Assembly: GCA_963667175.2 (NCBI GenBank)
Contig: CAXXXF010000001.1
Span: 1-64,000, forward strand
Reading direction: 5' to 3'
From: Candidatus Latescibacterota bacterium
GTDB lineage: Bacteria; Latescibacterota; UBA2968; GCA-2709665
Length of the DNA: 64,000 bases
Positions 48,928 to 57,834 of the stretch are shown in pieces. Positions within the stretch are counted from its first letter, which is position 1. Each line of letters starts with the position of its first letter. The notes below the pieces were generated by a model. That model worked only from the letters and a program-made list of their open reading frames with translations, was not told where the DNA came from and did no database searches. The position numbers were made by a program, and so were the translations under genes.

Positions 48928-50823
48928 TCAACCATAAAATAGCGGTCGACGGCTAATTTGCTGGGGGACAGGCAGAGGGCGGAATGGCATTCCCTCGGTC
49001 GCTCTATGGACCAACTTTACTAGACCGTCAATATTCGTCTTTATTTGCTCTCTGTTCTCGCGCGATCTAATATTCAGTCGACCCGTGGATTGTTCTTTGT
49101 TGCCTACGACAAGCATGTACGGGATCCATGCCTTTTCTCCATTTCTGATCTTCTTGCCAACGGTGTCTCCCCTGTCATCTAAGTCTACACGGATATTTCG
49201 CGAGGCAATAACGTCGCAGATTTCTTTTGCAAATGGCAGGTGACTGTCAGTAACAGGGATGACTCTCACCTGTGTGGGCGCCAGCCAGAGTGGAAACATG
49301 GGTGGAACGCCTTTGGATGCATCGACCGCGATATTCTCCAGAATTGCGCAGAGAGTTCTCTCGATGCTACCAAAACTAGACGCGTGCACGATCACGGGAC
49401 AGGGGTGCTTGCGGCCTTGTTCATCAGTAAAGCCAATATTGAATCGTTCGCCGTCCTTTATGTCCCACTGTACTGTGCTGACCTGGATATTGGATCTGTC
49501 TTCGTTGATAAACTGGTATTCGTTCTTCATCGTATAGTAGTGGCTCATGTGCGGCATGAGTTTAAAGAACGCTGGAACGTTCATTCTCTTTCCGAGGTCG
49601 ATCAGCCACGCTCTATTTGCTTCGAAAAAATCCACGGTGCCTTCCCAACCGAGAACCCAGCGCCCTTTCGCAATGATGTCGTCCATTAGACCTGCGAATT
49701 TGAGGCTCAGTATTTCAAACTCGTGGTGCGCTTCTACCTTGGTGGCGCAAGCAGCGTGCATATCCGTCATCATGAAGTTTCGGACCCGTTTGAGTCCGCT
49801 AACTTCCCCTTCCTGCTCGTTTCGGAAACACGTAGCTTCCTCGTACACTTTTAACGGTGATTGCTTATGGCTGAAGCGGACGTTTTCCATAAACGGAAAG
49901 CCGACGGGATCCGACGCATATCGGAGGTAGCAGATGCCCCGACCGCCATCAACCTGGTAGTCCCGTTCGTGAAATTCTCCCATCAATTCGCCGACGACGT
50001 TGTGGTCTCCTCGGATGAGGATGGGATTCTTCATTTCGACAGCGCCCCACTCGTGGGCGAGACGCGAGGCATAATCAAGAATTAGTTTTTGAATCAGTAC
50101 GCCGTTGGGATACCACTTGTAGTGCCCTTTTTCGGAAACATCGCAATAGTCAACCAGTTCGTGCCTCCGCATGTAATCAATGTGCTTGGGCGCTGTCTCC
50201 GATCCGACGCCCTGCGACAGTTCGTTGGAGACGAACTGTCGCAATATGCCATATACGGATTCAGATTTTAGAAAGATCGGACATCGTTCGAAATTCTCCC
50301 GAGTTATTTCGAATGGGTTGCCATCTGTGTCGACAACGACAAAACGCGTAAATTCGCTGGGTTTTCTTTCGAGTTTCTCGTGAACCTCAGTCTTTTCCAC
50401 GGGTGAATAACGCGCACTCGATTCGGAAAGAGGGTGGCCCAGACAGGAGACATCGAATGCTTTGTACCATCCAAATGGTGCCCGAACGACATTGAGCGAA
50501 CCAGCCAGTCCTGATTCGACTTTTTTCAATAGTTCAATTGCAACTAGAGACGTGCTCGGGTTTTCGGTTAAGTGGACATAGGGGTAGATGACGACCGTAT
50601 CGACGCCCACCTGCTTGGTCCGTTTGAGCACGTCGGCAACGAACTGTGCTGCTACCGACCCCGGCGACGCCGCGTCGCCCTTCTCAACCGAGATGAAGAG
50701 GACCAGACATTCCCTTTCGATCTCAACATTGCGCCGATCCGGCGGCAGCGATTCGGCCGAAGGTGTAGCCTTCTGTCTGGCCTCGAATCGGAAGTATCCC
50801 GTATGAATGGCTAAGCATCTCAT
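48928..50823 (-). CDS. thrS: Threonyl-tRNA synthetase, archaeal type
   Basis: N-terminal archaeal editing domain (YPY.HL, RAPFGWYKAF...C.GHPL.E.S), FR.EQ.GEV.GL.R.R.F.M.DMH, H.S..GSIER, P.WLAPTQVR and anticodon-binding domain; ATG 50823 has an AGGAG RBS. Confidence 0.95.
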   Translation of the reverse strand: MRCLAIHTGYFRFEARQKATPSAESLPPDRRNVEIERECLVLFISVEKGDAASPGSVAAQFVADVLKRTKQVGVDTVVIYPYVHLTENPSTSLVAIELLKKVESGLAGSLNVVRAPFGWYKAFDVSCLGHPLSESSARYSPVEKTEVHEKLERKPSEFTRFVVVDTDGNPFEITRENFERCPIFLKSESVYGILRQFVSNELSQGVGSETAPKHIDYMRRHELVDYCDVSEKGHYKWYPNGVLIQKLILDYASRLAHEWGAVEMKNPILIRGDHNVVGELMGEFHERDYQVDGGRGICYLRYASDPVGFPFMENVRFSHKQSPLKVYEEATCFRNEQEGEVSGLKRVRNFMMTDMHAACATKVEAHHEFEILSLKFAGLMDDIIAKGRWVLGWEGTVDFFEANRAWLIDLGKRMNVPAFFKLMPHMSHYYTMKNEYQFINEDRSNIQVSTVQWDIKDGERFNIGFTDEQGRKHPCPVIVHASSFGSIERTLCAILENIAVDASKGVPPMFPLWLAPTQVRVIPVTDSHLPFAKEICDVIASRNIRVDLDDRGDTVGKKIRNGEKAWIPYMLVVGNKEQSTGRLNIRSRENREQIKTNIDGLVKLVHRATEGMPFRPLPVPQQISRRPLFYG

Positions 50824-50855
50824 TGTTGAAGCACTCCTAGCTAAAATGACCAAAC

Positions 50856-50884
50856 AAAAAAAACCACTGCCGCGTCGGCAGTGG
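50856..50884 (-). terminator. Intrinsic terminator (attenuator) upstream of thrS
   Basis: CCACUGCCG-ACG-CGGCAGUGG followed by eight U. Confidence 0.9.
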
Positions 50885-50922
50885 GCTCAGAGAAATAGGA
50901 AGTTTATGTTTTTTGAACTTGA

Positions 50923-51072
50923 TCAGGTCTCCGAGGGATGCACCGCCGTTGGGTTGTTGGTGGGCGATGTGGTTGAGGTCATTTGATCGGTAGTTCGGGT
51001 AGACTTCTCTCCTGCCAGAGCGACTGCCCCGCTTCTGTTAACGATAGTATTTTGAATCAAAGCAGACGTCAT
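50923..51072 (-). CDS. Thr-rich leader peptide (49 aa; below the ORF-track size cutoff)
   Basis: MTSALIQNTIVNRSGAVALAGEKSTRTTDQMTSTTSPTNNPTAVHPSET*; 11 Thr; GGAG RBS. Confidence 0.85.
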   Translation of the reverse strand: MTSALIQNTIVNRSGAVALAGEKSTRTTDQMTSTTSPTNNPTAVHPSET

Positions 51073-51104
51073 TGCAATCTCCGCAGTTTCGGTGTATCGT
51101 GACT

Positions 51105-51133
51105 AAGATATGACTTCGACCAGACCATGTCAA
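51105..51133 (-). promoter_or_regulatory. Sigma70 promoter for leader-thrS
   Basis: TTGACA-17 nt-TATCTT on the minus strand. Confidence 0.75.
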
Positions 51134-51152
51134 GTCATTTGTCCGCCATTCA

Positions 51153-51584
51153 CCTTGATTCGAAGAGAATCAGGCGGCATTTCGTAGGATGGTGGAGATT
51201 TTCCGGTATTGTTTCTCGATGTGTTTGTTGTGTTGCAGTCGCAGAGTAAGCCGTCCTTTTAGTCGGATGAGGTAGCCTGCGCGGTTGATGAGTGCGAGCC
51301 GGAGGGTGCGTATGGATTTGGGCGGCCGCCGGTTGGTGTCTTTCAAGGTACGATTGCGTTTTATCAACCCGGTTTCGATTTGGAAGTTGGCCAGGAGGTT
51401 GTGTGCGAGAATGACGAACTGTTGCCAGGCGCTATTGGCGTGGCAATCGTGTGTGGGAATGGTATCGAAGCTGAGTCCGGTCTTGAGTTCGCCAATGGCT
51501 TTTTCGTGCATGCCGCGACCTGCCATGAAGCGCCACAGCGCGCGCAACTTGAGGGATAGATTGGTGGCCACCGCACAATATTCG
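51153..51584 (-). mobile_element. Truncated second copy of the IS1380 element (transposase 3' end and terminal repeat)
   Basis: Near-identical to 46756-47187. Confidence 0.92.
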
Positions 51585-51594
51585 AATTCCGCCA

Positions 51595-52065
51595 GGGTGA
51601 GTCATCCGCGAAAACTCGTGGTTTTGTTGTATCACCGGCTGTATTTCGACCGTGTGATGTTGCAAGGTTCGCAGGGGTATGGATTCATTTCGATCTCCAG
51701 GAAACGCGAGCATTTGTCCTGCTCTTGGCTTTTTCCTGCATCCGGTCTTGATCCTGTTCCTGGTTTCTAATCCTGCTTAATCCTTTCAATCCTGAGTCCA
51801 CTCCGAAAAGTGAGATTTCCGCAATTTCCACCAATTTAGGTCAGGTACGACCATTTTTCGAAATTATCCATATCCACATAAATCATTAATTATCATAGTG
51901 TTATATTAATCCTTGTTTCGGTTTGCTTCTGGCTAAAACACCATTTACGACCTTGTCGGAGCCGATTTTGACTTTTCGGAGTGGACTCAATCCTGTTAAT
52001 CCTGATCCGTTTTGGTTTTTATCCTGCTCATCCTGTCCATCCATGTAGGCTTGGGTTATTGAATT
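51595..52065 (+). repeat. Non-coding element family C, copy interrupted by a MITE
   Basis: GGGTGAGTCATCCGCGAAAAC..GGTTTTG.TGTAT.AC, GTGATG.TGC, GAGCATTTG.CCT, CATCCTGTCCATCCATG colinear with 56129-56370. Confidence 0.7.
51794..51988. mobile_element. 195-bp MITE with 18-bp perfect TIRs and a 6-bp target duplication
   Basis: GAGTCCACTCCGAAAAGT / ACTTTTCGGAGTGGACTC flanked by AATCCT on both sides; AT-rich interior. Confidence 0.9.
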
Positions 52066-52093
52066 GTGGAGGCCAGCGCTGAACCCACGAACA

Positions 52094-53185
52094 TCAGAAG
52101 TGGTCGGGCGACCAGAAGATGACCTCGCGGCGAGGGAACCACTCGTCGAGTTGGCGGGCTTCTGCGGTCGACAGCGAGATACCGCGGGCGCGGATGATGG
52201 GGGCCAAGTCGCTGCCGGACGCCTCGCCAAAGAGGAGCCGGCACATGAGATCGGCAGGCAGCCTGCGGTACAGCGGCGTCGCTTCCGGTGCGGCCCTGCC
52301 GACGAGCGATCCGAGGTCGAAGGGCAGCACCATCATCGAATTGTCGCCCGTGATTTCCAGGTCGGCGGCAGCCGTAACGACCAGGGCGTCGACAAAGGGG
52401 TGGCTGTGCGGGATCGCTCCGCTTATTCGCGTCACGCCGGCCTCCGCGCACGCGTCAAGCACGCGCTGCACAAGAATATCCAGGGCCGGTCCGTTTTCGT
52501 AAGCGACCTCATGCACCACTGCGCCGTTGTCGTCCGCTTCCCAATTGATGTATCCAGCCAGTCCTTCCGGGCCGCGGATGACGGTCGCGGGCAGGACACC
52601 CCGCACGCGAGACGGCGCGTAGTCCCAGTACGGTCGCGGACGCAACATGCTGCCGCTGCGACCGGCGTTGTTGCACTGATAGAGCGCAACCGTCTCCTCC
52701 AGATCACGCGTCTCGTCGAAGGGTAGCATCTCCAGCGCGGACCGACCCGGCTTCGGGGCACGGCGCAGCTCGGCCCGAAAACCCGTCAGCGGCACACAGC
52801 ACCAGCCGAGACGCAGGTAAAAGCGTGCCGGGATCGCGGAGAATAGCAGGCCCAGTTCGTAGCCATCGTCGCGCATGTACTCTGCGGCATGCTCCATCAA
52901 CCGCGTCGCGATGCCGCGCTCCCGAAAGTCCGGATGCGTGGTGACACCGCCAATGCCGCCCATCCGGACGGGTGTGGCGCCGAGGTGGACCCGGCGGTCC
53001 CAGATCCGCAGCGTCGAGACAATCCGGCCTCCGACAACGACAACCGGCGTCTGCGATGGACGCCAGGTCGGATCGCCTTCGATGTAGCCCGTGTAGCGGT
53101 CCCGGCCCGCGGGATTGTGCACCGCACAGAGCAGGTCCAGGAGTTCGTCGAGCTCCGACTCGCGGATGGGGCGAATGGTTTCCAT
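52094..53185 (-). CDS. Eis-like tandem GNAT acetyltransferase
   Basis: MGGIGGV.THP.FR.RG.A, FY.RLGW, second GNAT-like lobe. Confidence 0.85.
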   Translation of the reverse strand: METIRPIRESELDELLDLLCAVHNPAGRDRYTGYIEGDPTWRPSQTPVVVVGGRIVSTLRIWDRRVHLGATPVRMGGIGGVTTHPDFRERGIATRLMEHAAEYMRDDGYELGLLFSAIPARFYLRLGWCCVPLTGFRAELRRAPKPGRSALEMLPFDETRDLEETVALYQCNNAGRSGSMLRPRPYWDYAPSRVRGVLPATVIRGPEGLAGYINWEADDNGAVVHEVAYENGPALDILVQRVLDACAEAGVTRISGAIPHSHPFVDALVVTAAADLEITGDNSMMVLPFDLGSLVGRAAPEATPLYRRLPADLMCRLLFGEASGSDLAPIIRARGISLSTAEARQLDEWFPRREVIFWSPDHF

Positions 53186-53236
53186 GGGAACTGTGATCGA
53201 AATGTCGGTGAAATTCAGCTGCGGGGCACGTTGCCG

Positions 53237-54121
53237 TCAACCGGCGATTTTCAGCGACAATCCGTCAAATGCAATCCGGTATCCGTTTGCCGCGGCATAC
53301 CGGTCGAGATCATCGTGTTCCAGGTATCCTTCGTGAGAAATATGGGTCGCATAAGCCTGTGCGCCGTCCTTGAGAAGACCGTTTCGGCGAAACCGGTCGA
53401 CGTGGTCAATGACGTCGACGGATGCCAGATGATCCGGCGGACTTGCGTCGATCCCGACGCCGTACGTGTGATCAAGGACCAGCAGATCGAACCGCGTGGC
53501 GGTAGACTGCAGATGCTCCCATGCGTGCTCCGGAAGGACCGAGGTATCGGTCCCGTAAAATATGGCATGTGGACCTTGTTCGATCGCGTAGAGCAGGGCC
53601 CCCTCAACGGATCCGTGGTTTGCGGGATACCCTGTAATCGAATACCTGCCGACAGCCTGTTTTCTGTACGGCTCGAGGATCAACGTGTCGATCCTGAGGA
53701 CAAACTGCGTCTGTCGATCGAAGATGCTCCCGTACTCGCATCTCCGCGCCAGGTCCTCGTCGATCGACCGCAGCGTATCGATTGAACCGGCCAGAATCAT
53801 ATCCTTCGCGACCACCGTCCCATAACTCCCGTGCCTGGAAATCAGAAACTCGGGGTCGTAGTGGTCCTCATGGGCGTGGGTCATGAGACAGACGTCGATT
53901 CCTGTGAGACAGACGTCGTGTTCGAATGACGCGCTGACGACGTCCGGACCGATATCCACCAGCAGGTCGTCGTTCACGATAATGGACGACCGCCTGCGAA
54001 GATTCTTTCCGCCCATCCGCCTCGCGCACTTGCAGACCTGACACACGCAGAAGGGGCTTGGCACGGAAGGCGCCGCCGATGTGCCGAGAAATGTGACTTG
54101 CATCGGTAATCCGTACTCCAT
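53237..54121 (-). CDS. MBL-fold metallo-hydrolase (PhnP-like)
   Basis: FLGTSA...VP..FC.C..C, THAHEDH, ATHISH. Confidence 0.9.
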   Translation of the reverse strand: MEYGLPMQVTFLGTSAAPSVPSPFCVCQVCKCARRMGGKNLRRRSSIIVNDDLLVDIGPDVVSASFEHDVCLTGIDVCLMTHAHEDHYDPEFLISRHGSYGTVVAKDMILAGSIDTLRSIDEDLARRCEYGSIFDRQTQFVLRIDTLILEPYRKQAVGRYSITGYPANHGSVEGALLYAIEQGPHAIFYGTDTSVLPEHAWEHLQSTATRFDLLVLDHTYGVGIDASPPDHLASVDVIDHVDRFRRNGLLKDGAQAYATHISHEGYLEHDDLDRYAAANGYRIAFDGLSLKIAG

Positions 54122-54137
54122 CGTGGAGCATCCCGAA

Positions 54138-55040
54138 TCACCCCAGATGCTCCGTCCTCAGTTCCCGGGACCACTCGAAGTAATCGTACAGCCGCACCAG
54201 CTCGAATTCATCGACGATATCGGCTGCGGTACGCTCCTCAGACTCGCTGTAGATCACCGACGTGCCCACCTCCCCGGTGATGACAATACGCACGGCCTCG
54301 CCGTATTTCCGGTGTATATCGTCGAACCTGGCCCGGTTCTTGTCGAGATGCACCACTTCAAAGTCCAGATTGATGCGGGCGGAAGCCCAGCTTCTATAGT
54401 TATTGCTCCTGTCCAGGGTGGTCCCCTGCGGATCGATGATGGTGCATTGCGTACTCCTGTACACCGAGCCGACGAAATAGGCCTGCACGTCCAGAGCCCA
54501 GAAGTTCTGCACCAGCCCGCCGTGATACATGGAGCTGAAGAGCAGCAATTTGGGCCTCAGCTTCTTGTACTGGTCCCGCAATTCACCGAAGTTCAGATCG
54601 AAACAGATCACCCCGCCTACCGGCCCGAATTCGGTCCGGATCAGGGTCGCGCCGGGACCCGGCCGTGTGCCGCGGTCGAATTCCGGATAGACCGGAATGT
54701 ATTTGCGGTAGATCCCGGCCAGTTCCCCCTGCCTGTCGAGCAACCCGAGGACATTGAAGACCGCCTCGCTCTTGGGTTCCTTCTGATGCACCGGCACGGT
54801 TATATAGCAGCCGTACTCCCGGGCCAGTCCGGCCAGGAGTCGGGTCGTCGGTCCCTCGGGCACGTCTTCGACGCAGGTCCCGCAGATGGTCTCGGGGAGG
54901 ACGATCAGATCGGGCGTGGTGGCCCGCGCGACCTGCCCCACCAGGTCCGTCAGGTCCTTGTGGGTCTGCTCCATCACCTTCTCGTCTTCGCCACCTATCG
55001 GGGCGTAGGAAACGCTCGATACGACAATGTGATTGCTCAT
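54138..55040 (-). CDS. Carbon-nitrogen hydrolase (nitrilase superfamily)
   Basis: LPE, YRK, ICFD catalytic triad. Confidence 0.9.
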   Translation of the reverse strand: MSNHIVVSSVSYAPIGGEDEKVMEQTHKDLTDLVGQVARATTPDLIVLPETICGTCVEDVPEGPTTRLLAGLAREYGCYITVPVHQKEPKSEAVFNVLGLLDRQGELAGIYRKYIPVYPEFDRGTRPGPGATLIRTEFGPVGGVICFDLNFGELRDQYKKLRPKLLLFSSMYHGGLVQNFWALDVQAYFVGSVYRSTQCTIIDPQGTTLDRSNNYRSWASARINLDFEVVHLDKNRARFDDIHRKYGEAVRIVITGEVGTSVIYSESEERTAADIVDEFELVRLYDYFEWSRELRTEHLG

Positions 55041-55131
55041 GGGATTTCCTTTCGTTAGTCGATTCGTGTGGCCTGAGAACCCTGCTCCGCCAGGGGTGAA
55101 TTTACGCGGCCTGCTCGAAAGGCAGGTTCGA

Positions 55132-55497
55132 TCATCCTTCAGCGGGAGCATCACGTTCGCCGACCCAGACTTTGTTGCCGTCGGGATCTCGAACTCGAAA
55201 TTCCGTCATGTCGTAAAATGTCACGCCGATGGGATCGGGGTCGAAACCAGCGGAGATCAGCTGGTCACGAACCCCTTCAATATCGGACGTATAGTAATAG
55301 ACAACGGTGGACGCATTTGATTCAGAGCGTATTGAACGATCGATCATCACCTGGCAGCCGTGTTCGCCTCCCAGGATGGCGTGGCCCCAATCGTCCCTGC
55401 GGCGGATGACCTGCAGGCCCAATCCCTTCGAATAGAAGCCCAACGCTCGATCCAGATCGGTTATTGGAACCATTGACGTGATACGGTGAATGCTCAC
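55132..55497 (-). CDS. VOC/glyoxalase family protein
   Basis: D..RAL.FY...LG, EF.V.DPDGN. Confidence 0.9.
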   Translation of the reverse strand: MSIHRITSMVPITDLDRALGFYSKGLGLQVIRRRDDWGHAILGGEHGCQVMIDRSIRSESNASTVVYYYTSDIEGVRDQLISAGFDPDPIGVTFYDMTEFRVRDPDGNKVWVGERDAPAEG

Positions 55498-55694
55498 AGT
55501 TTTGCCTCCCAGCTAAAGCCTGAACTCGGCAATGGCGTCCACGTCCTGTTCGGTGCACTCTCTCAGGATAAACGAAGCCGCTCGTTCAGGGACATCTCTT
55601 TCGCCTGAAGGTGTGGCAGTGACAATTGTTGATCCGAAGAAGCGGTAGGAATTCGAGGCGTGACTTGAAAGGCGGTAGGGGGAAGGTGGGCAGT

Positions 55695-55967
55695 CTATTC
55701 CGAGGCGTCTATCCTGGCTTCGTTTTTGGCAATACGCTCACCGAAGGAGTCCAGGCGGCTGTCGATCTTATCAAGGCGGTCGTCGATTTCCTTAAATCGG
55801 ATGTCGACTTCCTTAAAGCGGTCGTTCATTGTATCTTCCAGCCTGTCTATTCGTTGCGTGAGCCTGTTTTCAAGGTTGGAGGTAAGCGTCCACATGGCGC
55901 CTATTAAGAGAAACAGGAACGTGGCCATGCGAACGTTATCAGCGCTGAAAAAAGATTTCGCGTTCAT
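55695..55967 (-). CDS. Small membrane-anchored coiled-coil protein
   Basis: Hydrophobic segment followed by RF..(V/I)D heptads. Confidence 0.7.
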   Translation of the reverse strand: MNAKSFFSADNVRMATFLFLLIGAMWTLTSNLENRLTQRIDRLEDTMNDRFKEVDIRFKEIDDRLDKIDSRLDSFGERIAKNEARIDASE

Positions 55968-56128
55968 AGCGTATTTTCCGAGTTTACTTTTGGCTTAACT
56001 TACCTGAAAAAGTACGCGGATTTGCTTTGATTGTCAAGGGCGAATATTGAACTGCTCGGCGGGAGAATTGCATGCGAAAGTTGGAGATAGATCGAGTTCT
56101 GGAAGCGTATCAAGGCGGAAGAGAAATC

Positions 56129-56370
56129 GGGTGGATTATTCACGACAACCCAGGGTTTTGGTGTATAACGGGTTGTTTTTCAATAAATTCAGCGAAGTAT
56201 TATGCGAACGCAATTCATGAATTACGAAGTTGATTGGTCAGGGTGATGCTGCGCGGCCCACGGAGGTAAGGATCAATCGATTTGGCCCGGAATCGTGAGC
56301 ATTTGCCCTTCTCCTGGTCTTTATCCTGTTCATCCAGTCCATCCATGCAAGTTCACGTTTAGTGAATGAT
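56129..56370 (+). repeat. Non-coding element family C, uninterrupted copy
   Basis: Colinear motif blocks shared with 51595-52065 and (minus strand) 37581-37349. Confidence 0.7.
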
Positions 56371-56456
56371 TCAGGAGAGAGACGCTGGTAAATGAAATTG
56401 ACAGAACTCCAAGTGTAATTGGCTGAGAGCGCATCAACTGACAGAGCCTTGCCGGT

Positions 56457-56966
56457 TCACGGCCCTACGTTCGCGACGACGCGCCGGAAGCGGATTTGCC
56501 GCCCGTCATCCCGGGTGCCGCCGTCGCGCCTCCAACCCGTAGCCTCGTAGAATGCGGTCCCTCGCGCGTAGCCCTCGACGGTCCACACAACTGCTTCATC
56601 ATAGCCGTCCGCAGCCAGATAACGAAGAGCGACGGACATGAGTGCTTTCCCAATACCTGTGCGCCAGTGCAGCGGACAGATTGCGATCGTATCCAGTTCG
56701 CCAAGGCGTCGATCTACCGGATCCCGGCTGGGTCCGATGCCGGCGAACCCTGCAATCGAACCCGTGCATTCGGCAACCCACCAGCGTTGAGGGACAGGTT
56801 GCGCAAGGTCGTGCCGCCACCGTTCGGTAAGCTCCGGCGTCACGATTCTATCGGCCCGGGAGAGAATCGCGCCAAATCCGGCGTTCCACGACTCGATGTA
56901 AATCCGTGCGATTATCTCGGCGTCGGCAGGGGTAGCCGATCGGATCGTCGGAGGTGATTCTCGCAC
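56457..56966 (-). CDS. GNAT acetyltransferase
   Basis: IR.AT..DA..IA.I...SW, GEL..I...P..WR.GIG, FYE..GW..DG. Confidence 0.85.
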   Translation of the reverse strand: MRESPPTIRSATPADAEIIARIYIESWNAGFGAILSRADRIVTPELTERWRHDLAQPVPQRWWVAECTGSIAGFAGIGPSRDPVDRRLGELDTIAICPLHWRTGIGKALMSVALRYLAADGYDEAVVWTVEGYARGTAFYEATGWRRDGGTRDDGRQIRFRRVVANVGP

Positions 56967-57086
56967 GTTGAAATACCCAGTGGGTAATGGTGTCTTATAT
57001 CGTCCGTAATACGCCGACAGCCCTCTTCGCTCCAGGCAATAGAGGGCTGTTATCAAGGTCGCGCCATCGCCTTGTGTTACTATTCG

Positions 57087-57272
57087 CTACGCGGATGTCT
57101 TCGGGCGTGCGCCACCATAAAAACCAAGGCGATCGTTCCGAGACATCTCTTTCGTCTGCAGGTAATGCACCTGGCGAATAAAATGTATCTCTTGCATCAT
57201 TCCGTCATTTGGAAATTCCCTCCGAACTTCCTCCCGGATCAATTCCTTCTCTGCCTGCGTCACTTCCCTCAT
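57087..57272 (-). CDS. Small protein downstream of the PIN gene, probable antitoxin
   Basis: AGGAG RBS; E...EFP.D.MMQEIH..R. Confidence 0.6.
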   Translation of the reverse strand: MREVTQAEKELIREEVRREFPNDGMMQEIHFIRQVHYLQTKEMSRNDRLGFYGGARPKTSA

Positions 57273-57282
57273 AGCGGGTCTC

Positions 57283-57738
57283 CTATAGTTCAGGTGGGGC
57301 GATAATCTCAATCGGCCCAAACCCTTCAACGCATTAATCAGATTGACTTCTCGTCGTATATTCACGTTTACTAAGGTACGTAAAGTTCCAACTGCAAAAA
57401 TACCCAATTCCGTTGGTCGCCGCAACGGCAACATGATTGCCGTCAGCTACATATTTCTGTGGAAAGACTTCCCTGCCAACGCACTCTCGTGCCAGTGCGT
57501 CGGCTTCTTCATCAAACACGAGGACTTTGCAATCCTTTACCAGGCTTTCTAACTGCCATCTCCTTTCCTCGTCAGGAGTGGCACGAATCTCCAACAAGAC
57601 AACACTTGAAATTACGACTTCAAAGTCTGGTAGACGTTTGCGCCAAAACTGAAGGGTCTGCATCTGGCGTTCCGGAGTTCTCGAATCGAAATATGCACTT
57701 GGAATCGTTGAATCAAGATAAACACTCTGTTTGGCCAT
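57283..57738 (-). pseudogene. PIN-domain (VapC-like) toxin with two frameshifts near the 3' end
   Basis: VYLDSTIPSAYFD, D..HVA.A, SWNF, then LVN...R.EVN..N and IEIIAPPEL* in shifted frames. Confidence 0.8.
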
Positions 57739-57834
57739 TTTCACCCGCTGTCACGTTGGTTACGGAAACCGGCGGATAGTGTTCGAAGATTTACGCTCTT
57801 CCGTCTCTTGGGACTTTGTACTGTTCATCCATGT

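Noticed and set aside
50850-51100. T-box riboswitch upstream of thrS
   Set aside because: No GGTGG.ACC T-box motif or Stem I signature; the leader ORF and four-segment pairing explain the region.
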